A DNA stretch of 64,000 nucleotides from assembly GCA_977020255.1 (NCBI GenBank), contig CDROCS010004085.1:186001-250000 (forward strand). Reading direction: 5' to 3'. Below the pieces are notes generated by a model, which did not search any database, was not told the DNA's origin, and saw nothing but the letters and a program-made list of their open reading frames with translations. Below, piece after piece: positions 1 to 9,310 of the stretch; positions within the stretch are counted from its first letter, which is position 1; every line of letters starts with the position of its first letter. The stretch is from Obrimoposthia wandeli. Taxonomy: Eukaryota. A program made the position numbers and the translations under genes.

Positions 1-101
1 CGCGCTAACCGTTCATAATAACCCCGATATATCATTCTTTAAAAGGCGAGTTAATTACTCGCCTATTTCTCTTGCTGATTAAAACAATAAATGGACATGC
101 C

Positions 102-1628
102 ATGTTGAAATTTGATGGTGAGTTGAGCTTTGGACATCAGATATTAAGCTTTGATGTACCTATTGGTACAACTGCGATATCAATTACTGGTACAACTATT
201 AAAACAGGTTTTCTTTACGGTTATCTATACGATGCAGAGCAGCAGTTACGCGGCAATGTATTGTGGGTGAAAGAGCATAAAAAGTTAGTCATTACCGCTG
301 ATAGCGCATCTCTTGGCGGTATTGCTGGTAATGTGATGGCTGGTCAGTGGCAACTTCATTTATACAACCTTGAAGGCGAAAATCGCGCACCGAAAGTGAT
401 GCAATATCAGGTTGATGTTACTTTTGAGTGCGTATCAAAAGCTGATGAGCACGCTAACTTGTTAGGCGTTGCAACCGCGAAGAACCTGATTGCGGATAAT
501 TCGATTATCTTCGATTACAGCAACATTAAAAACTCAGCATCAAAATGGTATCGGGGCGACCTACATGCTCATACTTTATTGTCTGATGGGCATAATACGT
601 TAGAAGCAGCAACGCATATTGTTGAGCAGCAAAAGCTAGATTTTTTCTTTCTGACTGAGCACAATATTTGTCACCCTGCTTTGCCTATTTCTGATGAAAC
701 CCTTATTTTACCGGGTATTGAAGTAACAACTGACCAAGGGCATTTTAATGTTCATGGCCCACGTTGTGGCTTGAATATGTTTAATGCCGCTTACTCGAGT
801 GACGCATTGATTAAACAAGGTCTTTCACTGGTGGGTGAGCAACAACAAGGCAGTATCAGCATTAATCATCCGATGATGAAACCTTGGCATTGGCATTTTG
901 ATAGCCTGCAATTATCTGATGTAAATACCATGGAAATTTGTTGCGATCCTACTTGGTCTTCATCGCCAATGGCGACTGAAAAGGCTTTAACAACATTAAG
1001 TGCAATGTGGAATGCTGGGTACCGTATTGCAGGTGTTGGCGGCAGTGATTCCCACCTTGAACCTCATGAGCGCAATCCTAAAGCAACGGAACCATCTATT
1101 TATGGTGATCCTTCTACCTTTGTTTTTTCACATGGCTTAAGTGGTGAAGGAATACTTGCTGGGCTACAGCAAGGGCAGGTGTATATCGAAAGACGCTGCG
1201 GATTATCTTTTAGTTTGAACCAAGGGAATGTATTGCCAGGCCAAAATGTCGGTGAGCAATTTGTTGATTACCACTTAGCAGTAGCAGATGAAGATAACCA
1301 TTATTACGCCGAATGTATTGCCGATGGCGTGGTTATTTCGACACTGCCCATTACCAGTGAAGGCATAGATGTTCATATAAACATGGCTCAGTACATGTGG
1401 GTAAGATTTGATATTCGACGCGGTGTTTTCAGCGATTATGATATCAGCGATTGTGATGCCAGTGAAACTGAAATAGAGACAGAATCTACACATCGGCAGC
1501 AGATACAAAAAGGCGAATTTGAGGGAATGATCAACCCCGTATACAACGGCAATCACCCTCATTATTCTTCGCCAACACTGGCAACATGGGGTGAGCTAAT
1601 GAAGGAAGTCGAACACAATGGAAATTAA
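102..1628 (+). CDS. PHP-family (CehA/McbA-like) metallohydrolase
   Basis: GDLHAHT, LTEHN, SINHP and GGSDSH PHP metal-binding motifs. ATG at 102 preferred over TTG at 72 (GGAC upstream). Confidence 0.8.
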   Translation: MLKFDGELSFGHQILSFDVPIGTTAISITGTTIKTGFLYGYLYDAEQQLRGNVLWVKEHKKLVITADSASLGGIAGNVMAGQWQLHLYNLEGENRAPKVMQYQVDVTFECVSKADEHANLLGVATAKNLIADNSIIFDYSNIKNSASKWYRGDLHAHTLLSDGHNTLEAATHIVEQQKLDFFFLTEHNICHPALPISDETLILPGIEVTTDQGHFNVHGPRCGLNMFNAAYSSDALIKQGLSLVGEQQQGSISINHPMMKPWHWHFDSLQLSDVNTMEICCDPTWSSSPMATEKALTTLSAMWNAGYRIAGVGGSDSHLEPHERNPKATEPSIYGDPSTFVFSHGLSGEGILAGLQQGQVYIERRCGLSFSLNQGNVLPGQNVGEQFVDYHLAVADEDNHYYAECIADGVVISTLPITSEGIDVHINMAQYMWVRFDIRRGVFSDYDISDCDASETEIETESTHRQQIQKGEFEGMINPVYNGNHPHYSSPTLATWGELMKEVEHNGN

Positions 1629-2352
1629 AGGATTATTGTTCGATAAAGATGGCACGTTATTAGAGTTTCATCAGATGTGGCTGCGTGTCGCACAGGGCGT
1701 CGCCGCTGATATTAAAGCGATGTATGTGGTCAATAAAATGGTTCATACCACTGAAGTTCAGTTACTTGAAGAGATTGGTGTTTTTGGTGAATACGTCGAT
1801 AATCATGGCTTATTGGCTTCGAACCCCGTTGAAGATACAGCATTGGCTTGGTATGAAATGCTTCAGCTTCAATGTGATTTAAGTGAGTTTACAGCTGTTG
1901 TTAAATCTCGCTTTAACGCACAAGTTGAAGATAACCCCGAGTTAGTACAAACCTTACCGGGCGTAAAAGATAAGCTCATAAAACTGAAACAAAAAGGCTT
2001 TAAACTAGGCATAGCAACGGCAGATACACGCGATTCTACTTTATACAGTTTGAAGTTAGCAGGTTTAACCGAACTTTTTGATTACATCGGCTTTTCAGAT
2101 GGCGATATTGAACCGAAACCCGCACCAGCACTATTAATGGGTTTTTGTCAGCAATGTGATATACAGCCTGAGCAGGTTGTGATGTTTGGCGATACCGTTT
2201 CAGATATGGAATTTGGTACTAACGCTGGTGCACGCAAAGTGGGTGTATTAACAGGTACTGCAACTGAATCTGAACTGTTGCCTTATGCTGACGTTGTTTT
2301 AGCGTCAGTGGCTGATTTTGATCTCACATTTTTTCGTGAGTCTGGTATCTAG
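1618..2352 (+). CDS. HAD-superfamily hydrolase/phosphatase
   Basis: LFDKDGTL motif I, KPAP and GDTVSD motifs. Overlaps the upstream stop. Confidence 0.9.
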   Translation: MEIKGLLFDKDGTLLEFHQMWLRVAQGVAADIKAMYVVNKMVHTTEVQLLEEIGVFGEYVDNHGLLASNPVEDTALAWYEMLQLQCDLSEFTAVVKSRFNAQVEDNPELVQTLPGVKDKLIKLKQKGFKLGIATADTRDSTLYSLKLAGLTELFDYIGFSDGDIEPKPAPALLMGFCQQCDIQPEQVVMFGDTVSDMEFGTNAGARKVGVLTGTATESELLPYADVVLASVADFDLTFFRESGI

Positions 2353-2375
2353 AACTTATAAAAGCGGACATACAA

Positions 2376-3509
2376 ATGGCTGAAGTAGTACTTCGACAGG
2401 TAGAGAAAACCTATCCAAACGGATTTAAAGCAGTACATGGTGTTGATCTTACTATTGAAGAAGGTGAGTTCATGGTATTTGTGGGGCCGTCTGGTTGTGC
2501 AAAATCGACAACGCTACGGATGATCGCGGGCTTAGAAGAGATCAGTGGTGGCGAGATTATTATAGGCAATAAGCTGGTTAACCACCTTCCGCCGAAAGAT
2601 CGTGGTATTTCGATGGTCTTCCAAAACTATGCGCTTTATCCGCACATGTCTGTTTACGACAATATGGCTTTTGGTTTAAAGCAACAAAAGCTTGATAAGC
2701 ACAAGATTGATCGCCGAATTCGTGAAGCAGCTGAAACATTAGAAATTACCCATTTATTAGAGAATAAACCGGGTGAAATGTCGGGCGGGCAGCGACAACG
2801 TGTGGCGCTTGGCCGTGCAATGGTACGAAAGCCAGATGTATTTTTATTTGATGAGCCGTTATCAAACCTAGATGCTAAATTACGCGTATCAACCCGGGTG
2901 AGTATTGCGCAGCTTCATAATGATTTAAAAGCAGAAGGTCAGAATGCAACCATGATTTATGTAACCCATGATCAGGTTGAAGCAATGACATTAGGTGATC
3001 GCATTTGTGTACTAAACCAAGGGCGCATTATGCAGGTAGATACACCGATGAATTTGTACCAAAAGCCTGCTAATAAGTTTGTTGCAGGGTTTATTGGTTC
3101 GCCTGCGATGAACTTGATGCAAGCGACAATTGAGTTAGAGGGAAGCCAGTATTTTATTATCTTAAGCTGCGGTGCAAGGTTCCTATTACCGAGTGATAAA
3201 TCAGAGCTTGTGAAATCAAGAGTCGGTAAGAAAGTGTGGTTTGGTATTCGTCCTGAACACATTACCGTTATCGATGATCTTGATGATGAAAGCGTATTAC
3301 AAGATATTGAAACACTACAAATCAATGTCGTTGAATCAATGGGTAATGAAATATATTTATATTTAGATATCGGCAAAGATAAGCTGGTCGCGCGAGTGCC
3401 ATTTAATCAAGATCTGATGATTAAACACGGTGATATGAAACCGATGCATTTTGATATGTCGCATTGTCATCTATTTGATATCGATACCGAGCAGTCGTTA
3501 TTAGTTTAA
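2376..3509 (+). CDS. Sugar-type ABC transporter ATP-binding subunit (MalK/UgpC family)
   Basis: Walker A variant GPSGCAKST, signature MSGGQRQR, Walker B FLFDEP, C-terminal TOBE-like region. Confidence 0.92.
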   Translation: MAEVVLRQVEKTYPNGFKAVHGVDLTIEEGEFMVFVGPSGCAKSTTLRMIAGLEEISGGEIIIGNKLVNHLPPKDRGISMVFQNYALYPHMSVYDNMAFGLKQQKLDKHKIDRRIREAAETLEITHLLENKPGEMSGGQRQRVALGRAMVRKPDVFLFDEPLSNLDAKLRVSTRVSIAQLHNDLKAEGQNATMIYVTHDQVEAMTLGDRICVLNQGRIMQVDTPMNLYQKPANKFVAGFIGSPAMNLMQATIELEGSQYFIILSCGARFLLPSDKSELVKSRVGKKVWFGIRPEHITVIDDLDDESVLQDIETLQINVVESMGNEIYLYLDIGKDKLVARVPFNQDLMIKHGDMKPMHFDMSHCHLFDIDTEQSLLV

Positions 3510-3525
3510 CTATTTGTTATCGTTA

Positions 3526-3563
3526 AAAAGCCTTGATGAACAATATTCATCAGGGCTTTTTTA
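3526..3563. terminator. Intrinsic, probably bidirectional terminator
   Basis: aaaaagccttgatgaa-caata-ttcatcagggctttttt between convergent genes. Confidence 0.8.
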
Positions 3564-3588
3564 ATGTTTGGATCTTTGTTGTTCTAAA

Positions 3589-3762
3589 TTAAAAACAGTT
3601 AGCAGAACCATTCAGCATGCAGTTAGCTTCTTCTTTGCGTTGTTCTGCCCTTACTTTACTTTCGAGATCATCTGGTGGTCTGTAGTTTTCATTTGTTGTA
3701 CAGCCAGCGAGTAGAACACTGATTAGCATTCCTGCAAGCATTGAACATACTTTCTTCATCAT
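3589..3762 (-). CDS. Small lipoprotein, hypothetical (about 57 aa)
   Basis: MMKK plus hydrophobic stretch and lipobox LAGC. AGGA-like RBS upstream. Confidence 0.65.
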   Translation of the reverse strand: MMKKVCSMLAGMLISVLLAGCTTNENYRPPDDLESKVRAEQRKEEANCMLNGSANCF

Positions 3763-3937
3763 TCCATTCCTAAAGAGCAATTTGTCGAGTTTCGTTGAGG
3801 CGCCTTGGGTATATATCATTATTTTTATATCAACAGATTGATTTTATGTTTAACTCACCCTTACGAACAACCATAGCAGAGTTCTTCTGCAATGTTGAAA
3901 GATAAATAAGCGAGCACCTTTCTATAAAAGGGTGATT

Positions 3938-4450
3938 TTATGCTTCTGCTACTTCTGCGGGGCTCTTAACGTAGTAACGGTAATAGCCTACTAAATTACT
4001 GGTAATAAAAAGTAACTCCAGCAGTACAGCAGTAGGAGAGCCAATAATAATGTTATGTACAATCCAGCAACTGGTTGCAAGAATCATAAACTGGCGCAAC
4101 TTTTTATCTTCTTTAGAAAAGGCGGCGGCATTTTGAAAAAGAGACGCGGTGCAACTAATTAAGCTGATGAAGCCAGCATAAGTAAAATATGTGACAACAA
4201 GAGAGCTGATAGAGAACAACACTGCCATTTGTTTCGATGTCGTAAAAAGGCTCGTGATATATCGAACCGCAGCAAGAGCCATTAACCCTGCTGCTGTCCA
4301 TTGTTCTAATAATGCAAAATGGATCGCAATTAAAATCACCGCAAAAATGAAGCAGAGGATGATTTTTTTTCTTTCTCTAAACTGAAAAGATAAAAGGTCA
4401 AAACAGGCTGCGAACCCAATAATTATCTGAGAAAGTAAAAAAGCAGTCAT
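3938..4450 (-). CDS. YgjV-like inner membrane protein
   Basis: Multi-TM protein with SFQF...HF and WIVHN...GS patterns typical of the family. Confidence 0.7.
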   Translation of the reverse strand: MTAFLLSQIIIGFAACFDLLSFQFRERKKIILCFIFAVILIAIHFALLEQWTAAGLMALAAVRYITSLFTTSKQMAVLFSISSLVVTYFTYAGFISLISCTASLFQNAAAFSKEDKKLRQFMILATSCWIVHNIIIGSPTAVLLELLFITSNLVGYYRYYVKSPAEVAEA

Positions 4451-4466
4451 GACGAATAAATCCTAT

Positions 4467-5342
4467 TTATAGTTCAGTTTGTAAAAGTTGTTTTTGCTGC
4501 ATCTTTTTCTCAATCAGAGCAAGCCATACAAGAGGCAATATAATCATTGCTGTGCCAATGAGCATTGCTAGGTCAGGCACTTCATCAAACCATAATAAGC
4601 CCACACCAACAGCGCCTAATAAACCACTATATTCTGCACTGGCAATTTTGTTGCTCTCTGCTGAGCGGTAGGCGATCACGCAGGTTGCCGCATAAATTAA
4701 AATGAATGCACTTGACCCTGCTGCCGTTAATAACGGTGCCCAATCCCAAGGTTGTCCTTCCCATACGGCTAAACCTAATGAAGCAGGCATACCCGCAAGG
4801 TTCGTTAACAATAATGTTTGAGCAACAGTTTGATGAGTAGGCAGTTTTCGGATTAATAAATTATTCGCGGCTAACGTAACGGCAACAACGAGTGCGGCCA
4901 TTGCAGCCCAATTAAACTCTGTCGGCCTTATAACCACTAATACGCCAGCAAAGCCGAGCATACCTGCAGCAACAGAATGTTTAGTGAGCTTTTCACTAAA
5001 AAGCATCATTGCCATCGGTAACATGATTAACGGCGCAGCATAGAAAATGGCATTTGCTGTAGCTAGCGGCATTGAATTAATGGCTATAACCATAAAAATG
5101 GCACCAAAAAGCCAAATGTGAGCCCGTAATACGTGCCATTTCAGCCCATCAATAAAGCTCTTTTTTGATGTAGATAAACAAAATGGAACAAGAATCAAAA
5201 CTGCAGTCAGCTGTCTAAAAAAGACAAACTGAAAAATAGCAGTATCGGCATCCAGTGTTTTAATTAATGCGTCAGAAAAGACAGCCACTAAATTCCCGAC
5301 AATAAGCAGGGTCATGGCAAGACCAACAGATATTTTAGGCAT
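4467..5342 (-). CDS. DMT/EamA-family permease
   Basis: About 10 TM segments in two EamA halves. Start placed at MPKISV (GGAG RBS upstream). Confidence 0.85.
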   Translation of the reverse strand: MPKISVGLAMTLLIVGNLVAVFSDALIKTLDADTAIFQFVFFRQLTAVLILVPFCLSTSKKSFIDGLKWHVLRAHIWLFGAIFMVIAINSMPLATANAIFYAAPLIMLPMAMMLFSEKLTKHSVAAGMLGFAGVLVVIRPTEFNWAAMAALVVAVTLAANNLLIRKLPTHQTVAQTLLLTNLAGMPASLGLAVWEGQPWDWAPLLTAAGSSAFILIYAATCVIAYRSAESNKIASAEYSGLLGAVGVGLLWFDEVPDLAMLIGTAMIILPLVWLALIEKKMQQKQLLQTEL

Positions 5343-5516
5343 AACACGACTCCTTTTTTTGGGGCATGAGGCATTAATGTATAACGGAAATAACGAATAA
5401 ATTGCTTTGAAATTTACGATTATCCGATAGATCACAGAAAGTGATTTTTGGAGGATAGAGAATCTTAAGGATGAAGTATAATGATATAAATTAACTTAGT
5501 ATTAGTTGAGCTAATA

Positions 5517-6410
5517 ATGAAATTACCCCCGTTACGCGCTGTTCAATGCTTTGAGTCTGTTGCGCGTTTTAATAGCTTTTCTAAAGCGGCTGAAGCATTA
5601 CACGTTACCCAAAGTGCGGTTAGCCATCAGGTTAAATTACTTGAAGAATACCTAGGTGAAGACCTTTTTATTCGTCAGGGACGAAGGTTATCGTTAACCG
5701 TTATCGGTGAGCGTTATCAAGAGGAAATCAACTCTGCACTCATTAGTATTTCGCACGCGAGCCAGAAGCTGCGAGAAGGTGAGGATGGTAAAGTCCGCTT
5801 AGCTATTTATAGTACGTTAGCAGTAAAGTGGCTGGTACCTCGATTAGATAATTTACGGCAATTACATCCTGAAATTGACCTTACATTGAATATGGTGGCC
5901 GACGAGCCAGAATGTAGTGATCAAGTGGCAGATTGCTTTGTTACTGCTTACCCACCTTCACGGAATTTTGTTAGTGAATTTCTATATAAAGAGCAGTTAT
6001 ACCCATTTTGTAGCCCTAAACTGTGGTATGAAATGCAAGGAAAGTCGTTACCAGAAGCATTGTGGGAGCAGCCTTTATTATCAGTACGTTCAATCTTTAA
6101 AGATGGCACTGAAAAGAAAGATTGGCGACTATGGTGTGAACTTGGTGGGTTTGAGTTACCAGACGATGTAAAAGTGATTCACTTTAGTCATATGATTTTG
6201 GCTGCTGAAGCGGCGAAGTACCATCAAGGAATCGCCTTTCTTAATGATTACTTTATGACAGATCAAGATCGGCTACAGGATTTAATTAGAATTCCGATGC
6301 ATGATTTACCAACCGGCGATAGTTTGTATTTTGTTTATAAAAAATCCCGAGCCAAACAACCAGGAATTAAAATACTGAGTCAATGGCTAAAACAGCAATG
6401 TTATGAGTAA
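5517..6410 (+). CDS. LysR-family regulator (GcvA-like)
   Basis: LPPLRA...SFSKAAEALHVTQSAVSHQVKLLE helix-turn-helix. Divergent from the DMT gene. Confidence 0.93.
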   Translation: MKLPPLRAVQCFESVARFNSFSKAAEALHVTQSAVSHQVKLLEEYLGEDLFIRQGRRLSLTVIGERYQEEINSALISISHASQKLREGEDGKVRLAIYSTLAVKWLVPRLDNLRQLHPEIDLTLNMVADEPECSDQVADCFVTAYPPSRNFVSEFLYKEQLYPFCSPKLWYEMQGKSLPEALWEQPLLSVRSIFKDGTEKKDWRLWCELGGFELPDDVKVIHFSHMILAAEAAKYHQGIAFLNDYFMTDQDRLQDLIRIPMHDLPTGDSLYFVYKKSRAKQPGIKILSQWLKQQCYE

Positions 6411-6435
6411 TTAAATGGCAGGGGAATTCTACAGA

Positions 6436-6816
6436 TTATTGAATGGCTAATTGAATACGTTCAACATCGATTTTTGTACTGAACCATTCATTAATATGAG
6501 AGTTAAACCACTCTTCATCAATTTCACCTGTAATGGTTATTTTCGTTTCAGGGGTCACTTTAATGCCATGCCACTTGTCGTTGTCGATTTCTACCGAAAT
6601 ATTGTCTTGGCCATCGGAGAATGTATACATCTCGTTGCCTAAAGAGGCTGTGATATAGCCTGTCAGGGTAACGGGTTGGTCATCTTTCCCTTCTTTCGCC
6701 GCTTTTACTGAGGTTTCACTCGGCCCGAAGAAACCCTGATCGTTCAAGCCATTAGTATTGGCGAATGTTATTGGAGAAAGAATAAGAAGGCTAGATAGTA
6801 AAAGTGCTTTTTTCAT
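6436..6816 (-). CDS. Periplasmic bacterial OB-fold (YgiW/YdeI-like) protein
   Basis: Signal peptide, GFFGP, VTLTGYI...YTFSDG...VEID...GEID pattern. Confidence 0.85.
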   Translation of the reverse strand: MKKALLLSSLLILSPITFANTNGLNDQGFFGPSETSVKAAKEGKDDQPVTLTGYITASLGNEMYTFSDGQDNISVEIDNDKWHGIKVTPETKITITGEIDEEWFNSHINEWFSTKIDVERIQLAIQ

Positions 6817-7063
6817 TTTTATACTTATTGAGTCGGAATAGGTGAATTAATGATGTGAAGTATAAAGGACCGAAAATGAACACTGAATGAACGTACTATA
6901 TTGGTAGGAAATAGAGAGACCAATAGTCGGTATGCATCTTAATAAATTGTTGTTAAATGTAAAATTTCAATACTATTAGCCAAAAAATATCGAGTACCTT
7001 GTTAGCGCAGAGTAAAAGTACGCTGTGATTGGTGGATTCTTGAACGGTTGATCAGGCGTGCTA

Positions 7064-7092
7064 TTTACAGTCTCAATTGTTATACGTATTAT
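7064..7092 (+). promoter_or_regulatory. Sigma70 stable-RNA promoter of tRNA-Ser
   Basis: TTTACA-N17-TATTAT followed by GC-rich discriminator tcaccgcg. Confidence 0.75.
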
Positions 7093-7102
7093 TCACCGCG
7101 TT

Positions 7103-7193
7103 GGAGAGATGGCTGAGTGGTCGAAAGCACTGGTCTTGAAAACCAGCAAGGGTTTATAGCCCTTCTAGGGTTCAAATCCCTATCTCTCCGCCA
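7103..7193 (+). tRNA. tRNA-Ser (anticodon TGA), copy 1
   Basis: GGAGAGA/TCTCTCC acceptor stem, anticodon arm CTGGT-CT-TGA-AA-ACCAG, long variable arm, GGTTCAAATCC T arm, encoded CCA. Confidence 0.97.
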
Positions 7194-7385
7194 CATTCAA
7201 AGAAGCCGCTACATTGTTAGCGGCTTTTTTACGTCTAGATTTTACCCAATAAGATAGGGATGCAGAATCCTAGACAGGGTTCACCTGAGCGAAGCGAAAG
7301 CACATTGCCCGTACCGAAGGTGCGAAAAAGGCAATAGCCCGAAGGGTGCGAGCTTGCGAGTAAATAAATCCCTATCTCTCCGCCA
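7194..7385 (+). repeat. tRNA-linked repeat module A, copy 1 (192 bp, ends in a 20-bp copy of the tRNA 3' end)
   Basis: Starts with terminator aagccgcta...tagcggcttttt. Ends in AAATCCCTATCTCTCCGCCA (7366-7385 = 7174-7193). Near-identical to 46431-46620. Confidence 0.9.
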
Positions 7386-7402
7386 CATTTAGAAAAGGGC
7401 GA

Positions 7403-7452
7403 GTGGTAAGAGGAATTTGTTCCAAATCCGCCTTACCCAGAACACTCCGCCA
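7403..7452 (+). repeat. 50-bp direct repeat B, left copy
   Basis: 46/50 identical to 8986-9035. Hairpin-forming and ends in CTCCGCCA. Confidence 0.9.
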
Positions 7453-7457
7453 GATAC

Positions 7458-7486
7458 AAAAAGGCCAGCAGAAATGCTGGCCTTTT
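7458..7486. terminator. Bidirectional intrinsic terminator
   Basis: aaaaaggccagca-gaaa-tgctggcctttt. Confidence 0.85.
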
Positions 7487-7502
7487 GATTTTTGAGTGGC
7501 AA

Positions 7503-8696
7503 TTAAGCCAGCATGATGTTGGCGATCATTGCCGATAGAATGCTGACCAAAGTCGAGCCATACAGTAAGCGTAAGCCGAAGCGGGCAACCATATTACCTT
7601 TCTCTTCGTTGACCCCTTTAACAGCACCCGCAATGATACCAATTGAGCTGAAGTTAGCGAAAGACACCAAGAAGATGGAAATTGTACCGACTGTATGTGC
7701 AGAAAGGCTGCCCAACTGATCTTGTAATGCCATCATTGCCACAAATTCGTTTGAGACTAATTTAGTCGCCATGATGCTACCGGCTTGCAAGGCTTCGTTG
7801 GCAGGAATTCCCATTAGCCATGCAATCGGGTAGAACGCATAACCGATCAGATCTTGGAAGCTAATACCGAAGGCGTAGGTGAAACCTGCGTTGATCATGG
7901 CTATGAGCGAGATAAAACCAATCAGCATTGCAGCGACAATTACCGCGACTTTAAATCCCGTAAGAATATATTCGCCGAGCATTTCAAAAAACGTAAGTTT
8001 TTCAATTGATTCATCGGCCATCATATCGTCAAAGCTTACTTCTGCCTCATGATCATAAGGGTTAATGATCGACAGAATAATAAAGGTGCTGAACATGTTC
8101 AAAAATAATGCGGCCACTACAAATTTAGGAGCGATGAGCTGCATGTATGAACCGACTATCGACATAGATACTGTAGACATAGCTGTGGCTGCTAATGTGT
8201 ACATACGGCGCTCTGACATACGGCCCAAAATGTCTTTATAAGTGATGAAGTTTTCTGATTGACCAACCATTAATGCGCTGATGGCGTTAAATGACTCAAG
8301 TTTACCCATGCCGTTAATTTTAGAGAGTAAGTAGCCAATTGCACTAATTACCACGGGCAGCACTTTAATGTGCTGTAAAATACCAATAAGGGCCGAAATA
8401 AAGACAATGGGCATTAATACTTGCAGGAAGAAATCGAAGCCACCTTCATTGACTAATCCGCCAAAGACAAAGTTTGTACCTTCAGCTGCGAATGCCATTA
8501 GGCCATTAAAACCGCCTGCAAATTCGGCGATAATGCCTGTTCCAGTTGAAGAATTCAGTAAGAAATAAGCGACACCCATTTCAATCACGAGAAGCTGAAT
8601 AATATAGCGAAGTTTAATGCTCTTGCGATCTTTGCTGACCAATAAGGCAAGGGCAGCAACGACAGCAAGGCCAAAAATAAAGTGTAAGTAAGGCAT
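7503..8696 (-). CDS. nupC: CNT-family nucleoside:cation symporter
   Basis: [10 protein letters not shown]...GQSENF and [31 protein letters not shown] closely follow NupC. Confidence 0.92.
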   Translation of the reverse strand: MPYLHFIFGLAVVAALALLVSKDRKSIKLRYIIQLLVIEMGVAYFLLNSSTGTGIIAEFAGGFNGLMAFAAEGTNFVFGGLVNEGGFDFFLQVLMPIVFISALIGILQHIKVLPVVISAIGYLLSKINGMGKLESFNAISALMVGQSENFITYKDILGRMSERRMYTLAATAMSTVSMSIVGSYMQLIAPKFVVAALFLNMFSTFIILSIINPYDHEAEVSFDDMMADESIEKLTFFEMLGEYILTGFKVAVIVAAMLIGFISLIAMINAGFTYAFGISFQDLIGYAFYPIAWLMGIPANEALQAGSIMATKLVSNEFVAMMALQDQLGSLSAHTVGTISIFLVSFANFSSIGIIAGAVKGVNEEKGNMVARFGLRLLYGSTLVSILSAMIANIMLA

Positions 8697-8985
8697 AATA
8701 GATGTGTACCAATGGTGATTGTTATCAAACTATTTATGTATGCTACATATTCTGTTGCTTAAATATAGTGATGCTAATCTCGTTTTTTATTCAATTTGTA
8801 CTCAGCAAAAGGGCCGATAACCAAATGTGTTGAAAAAAAAGGTATGTTATTTTAAGTGCTTGGAGAGGTAATAAACACAAGTGTTAATAGTGAAATCTAA
8901 CTTTTATAAAGCGGTAGCTTTTTGTTGTAGTGGTATGCGTTTAGCGCGTCACTACGCCGCGTAAAGAATGTTGATTTCGGCGCAT

Positions 8986-9035
8986 GTGGTAAGAGGGATT
9001 TGTTCCAAATCCGTCTTACCCAGAACACTCCATCA
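8986..9035 (+). repeat. 50-bp direct repeat B, right copy
   Basis: Direct repeat of 7403-7452. Confidence 0.9.
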
Positions 9036-9163
9036 TATTTAAAGAAGCCGCTACTCTGTTAGCGGTTTTTTTACATCTGGATTTTACCCAATAAGATAGG
9101 GATGCAGAATTCTAGACTGGGTTCACCTGAGCGAAGTGAAAGCACATTGCCCGTACCGAAGGT
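9036..9163 (+). repeat. Truncated tRNA-linked module A, copy 2 (no tRNA)
   Basis: Aligns to 7194-7321 (aaagaagccgcta...gatagggatgcagaat...gggttcacctgagcgaag...cccgtaccgaaggt), then diverges. Confidence 0.88.
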
Positions 9164-9266
9164 TTGCGCAATGTAGTTACAAACTGATAATTGATCAAAA
9201 TAAGGGCATATAAGAACCAAACAATTAAGCAGATTTCTATATTGGTATCAGAGTACCAAATAAAAT

Positions 9267-9280
9267 TTGATCATTATCAA
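9267..9280. promoter_or_regulatory. FNR-type binding site
   Basis: TTGAT-CATT-ATCAA, a perfect match to the TTGAT-N4-ATCAA consensus, just upstream of the TPR-rdh operon. Confidence 0.75.
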
Positions 9281-9310
9281 TAACTAATAGGAAGGGAGAT
9301 TATCTATCGG

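Noticed and set aside
7194-9163. CRISPR array
   Set aside because: Repeats are few, 50-190 bp long, irregularly spaced, and there are no cas genes.
9184-9198. Second FNR site
   Set aside because: Half-sites are spaced by 5 rather than 4 nt and the left one is imperfect.
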